Assembly (NCBI GenBank): GCA_030141605.1
Contig: JAQGDQ010000368.1
Span: forward strand, 167,517 to 231,516
Length of the DNA: 64,000 nucleotides
From: Tubiluchus corallicola
Taxonomy: Eukaryota; Animalia; Priapulida
Direction of reading: 5' to 3'
Part shown: positions 54,051 through 64,000 of the stretch, one piece after another
How the letters are laid out: the number at the start of each line of letters is the position of its first letter
Position numbering within the stretch: the stretch's first letter is position 1
Translations under genes and position numbers: made by a program
Notes under the pieces: generated by a model
What the model was told of the DNA's origin: nothing
Seen by the model: only the letters and a program-made list of their open reading frames with translations
Databases searched by the model: none

Positions 54051-56543
54051 TATTTGGTGTGATTTGTAAAACAAGTTGATTGTGTTGTTGATCTCGCAAA
54101 CAGACACTTTTTGTTGATGTCTGTTTGCTAGCCACTGGTGGTGAAGACGACCTAGCGTATCCCCGGTAATAACCCGCTATTCGGACCAACAAGACACCGA
54201 ACTACATTTGCGTCCCACCATTAGCAGATTTGCAAAAATTCTGAGCAACGGACGAAAAAGATTATTCAAAAACACCACAAGGGCAATTGATTTAATGAGA
54301 AATTTAAAACATTTTCATAATCCTGGATACATAATGATATCGAATTGAAACTTGATTGTGTCGTACAACAAAAAAATTTCAAGCTATTTATGGTAAAATT
54401 ATCAAAATTTTCACGACACGAAAAAATCCACATGTGCCATGGAACACGACCGCATCACGCAGCTTGTGACAGGTTAGAAATTTATTCTAAGTGAAAAATA
54501 TTGAGCCGGCAAAAACACACTGAAAAAACTTTAAAAGCACAAGTCGTAAAACAGTTGATGAAGAATTTGTGAACTATTCTGAATTCCATCAACGAATCTT
54601 TTTTCGAATCTTCTACAAAAATATTGTTACCCGCGGCCATCTCGTCACACTGTCTATAACTGTACTGTAGTCGTTACTCAATTCCGTATTATATAATACA
54701 ACTTGTTTCAACCTCGATATTTGTCAGGACCGTGTTAATGAAAGAGCATGTCAAACACCTCTAGACAGCCCATTCAAAAACTACGCTGAATAGCAAACAC
54801 CAACAAACTCTAATTCGTCATAACACTAATTGTATTAATTTTCAAAACATCAGCAAAACAAGCAGACGGACACACCGAACTACGTCTCCCTCTCTTTTGG
54901 CAAGAACAAAAATCTTTTTCCTGCTTACAAGAGCATATCTATGGACAATGCCCGCGCTACAATATTTCAAAGTGTAAAAAGAGGTCCATATTCTTTGATA
55001 TTATGTCCTCGGTACAATATACGCTAATGAATAATTTGCTAATAGACGCATTGCAAATTTTTCTCATTTGAAAGGAGACTTTTTATTAGAAACTTAATTC
55101 TTTCTAATAATAATTAATTGTTTCTAATAATATAACTGCGGTAATTTTATAGAAAGTTCTTACCATTACTTCTTCGAAAGCATAAAATATGATAGATCTG
55201 GAACAGTATTGTTAGACAAACCACTTGACCACCAAATTGTGCCATGTGAATCTTTACGAAATTATGATGCTGTAGTATTATACAAAAACATATTCGAAAA
55301 TGTTTATTAAATCAACCTTTTGCTTTACAATACAATAGAATTTACTGTTTGATGATTAACCAGCCAACTTACTTTGTAGATGTACTTTTATTATTACTAT
55401 GTTGTGTTTATACTGTTCATGTATGTAAGTTTAATCATCATCTGTTGGTTGTAATAGAGTCAATTATTTTGTCAGAGCAAGTGTTACATTAGTTTTTACA
55501 TTAGTATTTTATATTCGTATATTAGCCCATCATCCTGTCATTAGCACTTTGCACTCAGCACTTGCACGGCTGAGATACCTGTATCAGACGCAGTCTGTTT
55601 TGTAATTCCACTATTAATAAACACAGTTCAACTAAGCATATTTTTAATGCTGCTCTTATCATGCTTTTGCCATATTTCTCTGTTTGTAGATAATACTGGT
55701 TGCTTTTCACAATTTATTGGTTGCAGGTTGAATGAGAATGTAAAGAAAAAAGTGGACCTTCTCTCAGCAGAGCCTTTGACGGCCATTAAGCTTCAAGAAC
55801 TAAAATCCGTATATTCCCGTATTCAACATTTTACTTAATTTTTAAATGCATTACTATTACTAAGTTTTTTAATAATAAACCATTCTGATAATAAATCTTA
55901 ATGCCTGTCTGTTTCTGTATTTATATAAGTCAGTTTGGAGGAATCTAAAAAAATAAAAAAATGTTGAATTTCCTGGGACGAAATCCAGGCTCTTCACATG
56001 AAATCTATGAATGAAATTAAAAACTTGACCTAGGGTTACAAATACTTGTAACTGTATTGTGTTAATGTAACTGTATTGCCAAGTAAAGTATTGATTATGT
56101 GATTCTCGATGGGGAGGACCCTGGTGCCTAAAATACATCATGAACACGAGCAGTTGCATAGCAATTGCTCAAAAACAGAAGAAACTGTGGTGAGCAACTC
56201 AACAATAACTCAGTGAACAAGAATCAGGAATGAACATGCAAGGCATGTGACTAGCATGAACAAAACATTAATCAAACAATGAACGTAGAATAAACATTAC
56301 TGAATTTATTAGCAGTTTTTCAAGATATCTCGGGAACAGTTTGATGAACCGACCTTGATTAGAGCAACAAGTAGGCTAAGGGCGAGGCCTGACATCAACG
56401 GAAGTGTTACAGTCAGTCGTTCACCATATGAGATCGGGCTGTTTGTCTCAATCAATTATAATTTTTTAATAGCAAAATTAATTAATGATGTAAGTAAGTA
56501 AGAGAGAAAAACGTAATGCCCTTTAGAGACTCAAAGATTATAA

Positions 56544-56682
56544 TATTTATTCAATAGCATTTGCCCTAGCGGGTCTCATCAGCTGAATAAAAGTGCTGGT
56601 AACCTGAAAGCGTTAGGTTACGACTCTTGTGTTATTCATTCAGATGATGATGCCCGCTAGAGCGAACGCTACTGAATAAATA
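56544..56682. repeat. ~140-bp palindrome whose arms each carry a degenerate hammerhead-like core (Penelope-like)
   Basis: Left arm reverse complement CTGATGAG-ACCCGCTAGGG-CAAATGC; right arm ATGATGAT-GCCCGCTAGAGC-GAACGC; both end in TGAATAAATA; central GTAACCT/AGGTTAC stem. Confidence 0.7.
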
Positions 56683-58194
56683 CTGTAGCGCAGGCGCTTG
56701 GGCGGCCCACTCTATACAACCTCTACCTTTATTCCAAAGTATGGCATGGTTACCAAACTAGTGTTAAATGTCACCCCTAAAGGTACCAGTAGTTCAAATC
56801 TTAGTCTTCTAATTACTCCATCTACATTCATAACCGTAATATTACCAGTTGGTTTGACTGTGAAGTATCATATTGTTCCGTGGTTCGACCCGGTAGATAA
56901 CCTCACCGCCCACCATCGGTGATGCGAGGAAGTGCTGCATAATGGCACCCAAGAAAATTGAAGACATAAACAACGAAACCAGAGCTTAGAGATGAAAAAG
57001 GACGACTGAGAAAGACAAAAAACCTAATGACAATGCTCGAAATCTGACAGGATCAACGACACTGCAGACAGGAGATGTGCAAAACACAGATAACTGACGA
57101 TGTCACGTGTTCGTTTTTTTCTACAGGAAACCAATCGCAGGTAATGTTATGAGCTTCCTAGTAGTGGAAATCAGTAAGTTGGTTTACCTGGTTAATATGA
57201 ATAAGTGTGATGCACATTGACCTGTTCAACTTAATATTATACTCAGGTATAACAAACACAGTAGTACAGTGATGCAGTGCTTTTTGACTTGGCATGTTGG
57301 ATCACAGTGTTCTATGTGGGACATTTACTTTTTGTTGGGATTCATAGCTGAGCATACACTTTTGCGCGAGTGACATGTGGCCGCCTGGGCTCGATACTCG
57401 CCAAAACTGGTATCATCCATAGACATCCGAATGTTTTAGTGTTTGAGGCACCTATGCCAAATCAGATACTTGGAGGAACATCCTTGATGATGAGCGAGCA
57501 CTCCATGTAAAAAACACATTTTGTATTTGTAATTTTTTTTGGTTTGTTTGGCCTCCATCATGTATTTGACATTTGACTTCTATCATGCATTTACCCATCA
57601 TCGTACACATACCTGTCGTTCACTTGCTGCACTTTATTCACATCTTTCAGTCTTAAATACAGAAGCCCAGTCCTTGCATTTTCGTGTAGGTGTCACTGAC
57701 ATAATAGTAATCATTATCGTTACCCAAATTTTAAATTAAGTCAACGATAACACTCTAGCTACAGTATTGTTCGAAATTTAGGCAACCTGTGTGTTGTTAT
57801 TTAAAAACTGCATTTCATCCACCCCTAGGTGTTAGGACTTAAGAAGGAATTTGAACTTACTTCTGTAGTGATGATTTCGCCTGGCTAGCAACAATAATGC
57901 TTTCTCTCAGAGTCCAAAAGAATGTAGAAGATATAATTTAAACAACTAAGTGTGTTAAGCCTCTTTTAATCTTTTTGATTGCAATAGCAAGATTATAGAA
58001 TCAACAATTCCACAATATTGCTTATTCAGTGCAATAATTCAGGTGGAGTTCATTTCCTTCTTTGAGATATCCACGAATTTTACTTACTTGTACACAAACA
58101 TTTAATTTCTGTAATTACATTGAAATCAGTCATAAACATAATCAGTAATTATAATTTAAATTTTTAAATAATTTGAGCAGCAATTACTTGTTAT

Positions 58195-58404
58195 TAGGAG
58201 CGAGAATTCTTTAACAGAAAGCGAATTTGAATCGAATCGAATTTTTGACATTCTAACTCAAATCAAAGCAAATCAAGATTTCGAAACCGAATTCAGTTTT
58301 AATAATTTTCGAATAAATTTTTGAATCATAAATTAAAAGGGAACCTTGTAATTGTTTGATTTTGTTTTGTAATAAAATACTCGGACGTTTGATGCTCATC
58401 CCTA
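58195..58404. mobile_element. Older, shorter copy of the hAT MITE at 38637-38972 (opposite orientation)
   Basis: Ends TAGGAGCGAGAAT / ATGCTCATCCCTA; TSD CTTGTTAT / CTAGTTAT (7/8); GAAAGCGAATT..GAATCGAATTT block shared. Confidence 0.8.
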
Positions 58405-58546
58405 CTAGTTATACCAGAGCTACGTTATCATTTACAAACACGAAATATGTATAACTTTACCGAATTTTTGCACCCCTGGTTAGTGGTGCGAAAAACAACG
58501 GTGCGCTTTTTGTGTAGTATTTGAGGAGGTAACCGTTTTAACAAAT

Positions 58547-58642
58547 ATGTCATCGTCCATCGAAGTAGGTGGTGAAACTAAAATTTCTGTGCTGTATGAG
58601 TTATTAATTCACTCGGAATGGACACTCGATAATAAGGATTTG
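58547..58642 (+). CDS. NBAS: NBAS subunit of the NRZ tethering complex, exon 1
   Basis: ISVLYELLIHSEW resembles NBAS TILYDLLVNTEW; donor TTG|GTAATT phase 0. Confidence 0.82.
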
Positions 58643-58756
58643 GTAATTTTAAACATGGTTTATGTTAACTTTGAATGGCAGCTTGTCAACGGTGTTGACG
58701 CATTTGTTATATGTAGACGTCAAACTTGTGTCGCAGTTCAGTGTCACACAGAATTA

Positions 58757-59195
58757 CCGTATTTTCCCGTGTATAAGAGACCCCTTCAATTTTTAGGCAA
58801 AAATTCTGGAAAAAAGTTTTTTCAGACGGACATTTTTAGAGGGTAGAGTACAACTTTTTTCAACTCAGTGCGGTACTGAAAACAAAATAAAACCAGTTAA
58901 TGTGTTGTAGAAAAAGAGTACTGGTATATATTAAAGTGCGTACCTGCAAACCTGTAACAGGAAAAGAGAAAACTAAGGAGATAATGCCTGTGTCACGATG
59001 CTTGTATTGCTTACAACCGCTTCATAGTCGAACGCGACACGCAAAACAGTTGTAGAGCACTTATTTCTTTAAAATCATTAGTGTCACAATTTATGCATCT
59101 TATTGAAAAGACTTACTCCCATGTATAAGAGACCCCCTATTTTTAAAGTGAAAATTCTGAGCAAAAAAGGGTCTCTTATACACGGGAAAATACGG
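58757..59195. mobile_element. Tc1/mariner (pogo/Tigger-like) MITE in NBAS intron 1
   Basis: Perfect 27-bp TIR CCGTATTTTCCCGTGTATAAGAGACCC, TA on both flanks, internal extra TGTATAAGAGACCCC near 59122. Confidence 0.93.
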
Positions 59196-60598
59196 TATGT
59201 GGCAGTTGAGCAAGTTATGCATGGTCAGTTGGTCGGTGACAATTAGTTCAATCATTAGATTTTTCTTGGTCTGAAATAACATAATCGCGGATCGAAGTTC
59301 GAACATTGCCAAATACGCCAACTGAAAGTGAAAATGATCCATCTTGCAAATTGCAAGCCATTGCGGGCAAGCCAATAGTGCAGAATATGTTCGCAGCATC
59401 AGTTCACATAATTATGTTGTTTTTAATTAAATTTACATAAGCATAATCATTCTAAGTTGGTTAACACTGTTCTTATTCGTCGTACATAACTAAATTCACT
59501 AACATATTGACAATTGTTTATAATTAGAATTAGAGTTTATTGCTCACTCGTTTTACAGAAAGTTAATTAGTTAATGAAATACAGTAATATTAAACTAAAT
59601 AGAAAAGTCCAATAAACCATGAAGATATCATTTTAGGATTGCAGTGTATAGGTGAAAAACTGTTAAATTAACATAAGTTACTATTTAAGTTAATGTAAGT
59701 AAGTAATGGTTCTCTTTTCATTGATAATGTCTTCTACATATTGTGTTCTCTATTGGCCATTATGCGATTGAACATTTTTGGATATGTCATCAGTGTCTGA
59801 CAGTTTATTGTGCACTGTAGATCCATTCTTGTCGATACCATATACGCTCATATCTTGGTTTGCCGGACCTCGTTTTTATGGATATCAGAAGAATCGGACA
59901 AAATCTGGACCGTTAAACAGTCATGTATACTACGAACACAGTTCATTGTTTCGCAAGCTGCCCACTAGTTGGAGGGCCATCACTTTGTTTGCAGCATACA
60001 TCAGTGTAACCAAGCAGCCTGTAACAATACTTGTGTAGCTTGTATGTCGAGTCAATATGAAGTCAATTATACAGAATTACTGAGTCAATTGCTGACAGTT
60101 TTTACATACTATTGCATAGTAGTGGAACATACTAGACAGTTTTCAGACAATTAGCCAATTGATTCTCCAATACCATGAGTCTAATACACGGCATCTACTG
60201 TATAAGCGTAGTATCGGCAAATATGGGCAATCAGCAAATTTGGACCGACGTCGCCGCGCTTTTGTCCAGCAAACCAAAATATGAGTGTATTACGCTGATT
60301 CAGTATCCTATCAATGTCAGTATTCTGCAGTATGAAAATTTTTTAGTCGAAAACATTATTTGATGATTTCTTTTGCTAACTTTGCTAACTTTTTTCTTTT
60401 GTAATTCTGTTTCAATACAGAACTATAGTGAATGTAAATGTTGGAAATACGACAAATGAAAACCCAATTATTCAAGGAAATTTGCTACCCTCCTCTGGTT
60501 ATTATAAAGAAAACTATGACGAACTATGGTTCCAAACATGTTTATTTTAAAATGAACCTTAAAACATTTTGGTCGAGAATTAATTTTTTTTGCCTCAG

Positions 60599-60678
60599 GT
60601 AAAACAATCAGTTGGTCTAGCAGCTTCGTCGACACCTTCCACTTGGTCTGTTATTCATCGACTCGGCTCCCCCTTGAG
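60599..60678 (+). CDS. NBAS: NBAS exon 2
   Basis: TTTTTTTTGCCTCAG| ... AG|GTAAGT; open, phase 0-2, bridges exon 1 and exon 3 in frame. Confidence 0.72.
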
Positions 60679-62290
60679 GTAAGTCACAACACAACTTTGC
60701 ATTCATGTGGCAGTTTTCTTAATCTTAAAATATGGCTTTGTGTTGTTAGTCACAAAAAATCTTTTTATACACAAGTATCTAATAACTCACTATAGTCAAT
60801 ATAATGCAATTGAAAATCAATATGGTCAATATAATTGCAACTGAAAATTAATTGATAACAAACTTGTTGGTTTGGTGCAACAGTCTTGTCATGCCCAAGT
60901 GTTAAAATTGACACCCTCAGAGTCATTCTTGCTTATTATGCACTTAGAGTTACCAGATTAACTGGTTACCAGATAATGGATTGCTTTATTTTGAAGCTCT
61001 TTTTAAGCAAAAATTATTGGCTTTTGTTAAGCTTCTTTAATTTTTTTAAATATAAACTAATAAAATATGAATATGATGTACGATAGTTAATAATTACATT
61101 TAAAAACTGCAAAATGTGTTTTGCAGGCATTTTCTTACATTTAGGATCTATGACTGACAGTTAAAATGTACCTAATGGAAATAAGACTCGTTACCTGATG
61201 TTAATTTATCTACTTGGACAATAACCATAGTGTTATGTCATTGCGAATTTTAATAATAGCATGTCTTAAATCTTAATGGTTTATATTCAATATGGTTACA
61301 GAAGCTGTACTCTTACACAGCTTACCCCAATGACGTCTTATAATTATAATTCTTAAGTGCTTTACAAATGCAATGTTAGAAGCAGCGGTTTTAGTTTTAG
61401 GATCTGGTTCGGGAATGTGGGATCCCTAGTTTTTAATATATATACTACATATTACTATGTATACTATTAATATACTATATATAATATATTATATATACAC
61501 ACCCTGTATATATAAATGACTTAACATGCTATAACCTTTTCATTGCATTTCATCACCTCATCGGTTTTTTAATTTTTTTAAATAATTTTTAGCTTTTTTC
61601 TTCTATTCTACTTACATTACTTACTTACACCCTAATTTTACCCTCATGCCATCTCTTTTTATTTTGCATCTCTTTTATCCTGCCTCTAACACATAAGAAC
61701 ACACCATGCTTTGCAGCTGGGCTTTCCAAGTCTCAGTTTTTAGCTCAGCTGCAAGCAGTTACATCATTTGTTCACTAATAATTGACTGCTTACTTGACAA
61801 GTAATTGTAGTAATTTTTGTTTTCTGTTTGTATAATTGTATGTAGTATATCTTATTATGTAATTGTAACGATGTTTTGTCTAATAAACAAAAATAAAAAA
61901 ATAAAATAAGCTTGTTGTTGTGGTTGTTGATGGTGGATGCCACATTTTTCTTTAAAAGCTTTACCTTTGTGCTCAGGTCATAATGGAGACTAATATTTCA
62001 CTTCCCCAGTACGGCTCTCGAATACAATAATACGCACTATAAATTCATCAGTCCTAATCTTTCTAATGGATCTGACCATTTAGGTCACCTGTTACCGTTG
62101 TCATGGAATCTGTTTCTTCGTAAAAATTCACATTCCTATTTTTTGTCTCATAGTGAGTAAATGAGAAAGTTTTGAGGCTTACTTAATGCTGGGAATTTTA
62201 TTTATAAAGCGGAAAGTCATACCAAAAGTACCGGATATGTATAACATGTGACGCTAGGTGTATTATTTCTGATTACGTAATTTTTTGCAG

Positions 62291-62463
62291 GTCAGTGATA
62301 GGGCTGAGTTTGCCAACTGGACTTGTTTCTCTCATTAATAATCAGCTTTCTTGGAAGTTTACAGTGTCGAACAAACGAAGGCTTATTGCAGTATTGCAGG
62401 AAAGTTCTATTGAAATACGCACTGCTAAGGATGATTACACTAATCCGCTCGCTAAATGGCACG
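62291..62463 (+). CDS. NBAS: NBAS exon 3
   Basis: LPTGLVSLINNQLSW..LIAVLQESSIEIRTAKDDY resembles NBAS LPDGLVRLVNKQINW..LLAAVQDQCVEIRSAKDDF; canonical sites, phase 2-1. Confidence 0.92.
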
Positions 62464-62874
62464 GTAAACGATAGAAAACTGTGATTGTTTAGAAAAAATT
62501 TATTCAGGCAAAGGGTTTCATAGAACATGTGTTTGCAAATTTGACAAACACACTATAACCGTAAACCATTAAACCATAATATTTTTATCCTAGCTGCAAA
62601 TCCTTATAATGTCATACATAGTTTAAAAATGGGATTCAAGTTACACTTTTTAATCATTTGGTACGGATTCAGATGAGAGTAAGCACTTCGGGGAGCTACT
62701 TTGTGCTTCCAAATCAGTGTCACTTTCACTTTGGTCAGGGCTTACTTGCCACATCCCATAATTACAACTGTTCGTTTGTTATGACTATTAATTTATTTTG
62801 ACCAGTTTGTAATATTTAGTGTTACTTTCTGCTTCACCTATGCATTTCAATGGAAAGAGTTGTTCTTTTTGCAG

Positions 62875-63008
62875 TTGCAAGAGATTTACACCCTCAATGG
62901 AGGCAGTTAATGTGGAGTCCCGATGGCTCGCTCTTAGCTTATGCTGAGAGCACAGGCATTGTCCATGTTTATGATTTATCTGGAACAGAATTGTTCAATG
63001 TTAATGAG
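62875..63008 (+). CDS. NBAS: NBAS exon 4 (beta-propeller); gene continues past the window
   Basis: DLHPQWRQLMWSPDGSLLAYAESTGIVHVYDLSGTELF resembles NBAS DPKPQWRRVAWSYDCTLLAYAESTGTVRVFDLMGSELF; GAG|GTAAAT. Confidence 0.94.
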
Positions 63009-64000
63009 GTAAATAAATTATTACTTTTTTTGCAAAAACTGCTAACTTGTGGTCGAAGTTTTAGGTAACTTCAAAGCACAGCCGAGAGTGGCCGAATAAG
63101 TAATTCGTAACCAAGAATAAGTCAAATTTAAGCAAATCTATTATCACCATTGTTTTGGTAGCAAACAAAAATGCGAGTTAATGAATAAGTTCATGACTTT
63201 GCAAAACTTGTGGATGCAAATTTTGGAAATGAAAGTGCAATCAGTTCATTCAGTAATCTTTTAACAGATTCACTTTTTGTGTGTCTTTTAAAGGAAAACC
63301 GGATGATTGTGTAAACATTAGTTCAGAATAAAGAATGCTCTAAAATATTGAAAACTACAATAGGCTTTTTTAAATCAAAGCTTAAATTAAATAATAATTA
63401 CCTCGCATACTCAAATTTCGTTAAACTTCCAAAGCTATGAGTGGCTCAGCGAATCTACTAAGATTGGTAGCAGCGCCTTTTTGTCACATTCGCGTGGCCG
63501 ACAAATAGAAGGCGGTGCCGTGATAACCATGATCATGAACTGCAGTGTTAGTTTCTGATGTCATATGAATAGAGCCCATTTTCGTGACATCGTGCGTTTA
63601 TACAGTAACACTTAAGCAAATGTGCTTGACGCACAAGGGAGATGCCTACAATTGCACAAACTGTGGTTAGTTTCTGACATAAGCAATAGCTGTGTTCAGT
63701 TGCTGTTAATTAACTTTCTAAGCTAATTGTCCAAATATAAGGAATGATTGCTAACTTTTATAGGCAAGAAAATGTGTATTTTGGACAGTAAATTAATATG
63801 AGATTGAGTGTAAACAATTGTCCGGTCTTCCTTTAAACACTGATAGCTACAAAACTTGATTCTTGCTAGGCAAGCGAAACTTTTGTTGTTTGCGTTATTG
63901 GTTTCTCTGTTATTTATGTTTGTTAGTTAAATGGCTGTAGTTGATTGTAATGCGTTAGTAGTGAAATGAGTGCAGCTAAAATTAATTAATATAAACAAAA

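Noticed and set aside
61127-61160. Extra NBAS exon after TTTTGCAG
   Set aside because: Runs into a stop with no GT donor; exon 2 joins exon 3 in phase without it

Overview
AT-rich, intron-containing animal (probably invertebrate) genomic DNA, not a prokaryotic locus; most short ORFs in the track are microsatellite or chance artefacts. 1-26 kb: no gene I can identify, dense compound microsatellites, SINEs and small repeat fragments. 27-42 kb: three Golgi-type glycan enzymes. These are a 7-exon GXYLT-like GT8 glycosyltransferase (+), a CHST-like carbohydrate sulfotransferase nested antisense in its first intron, and a convergent GT31 (beta-1,3-galactosyltransferase-like) gene. 42-57 kb: mobile-element debris, including a decayed Ty3/Gypsy gag-pol, a decayed ORF with ~110-aa tandem repeats, a LINE-ORF1 (PHD) plus KH-domain cassette between 303-bp direct repeats, a LINE 3' fragment and a Penelope-like hammerhead hairpin. 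58.5-63 kb: the first four coding exons of NBAS, continuing beyond the window. All homology calls come from motif recognition by eye, not database searches.
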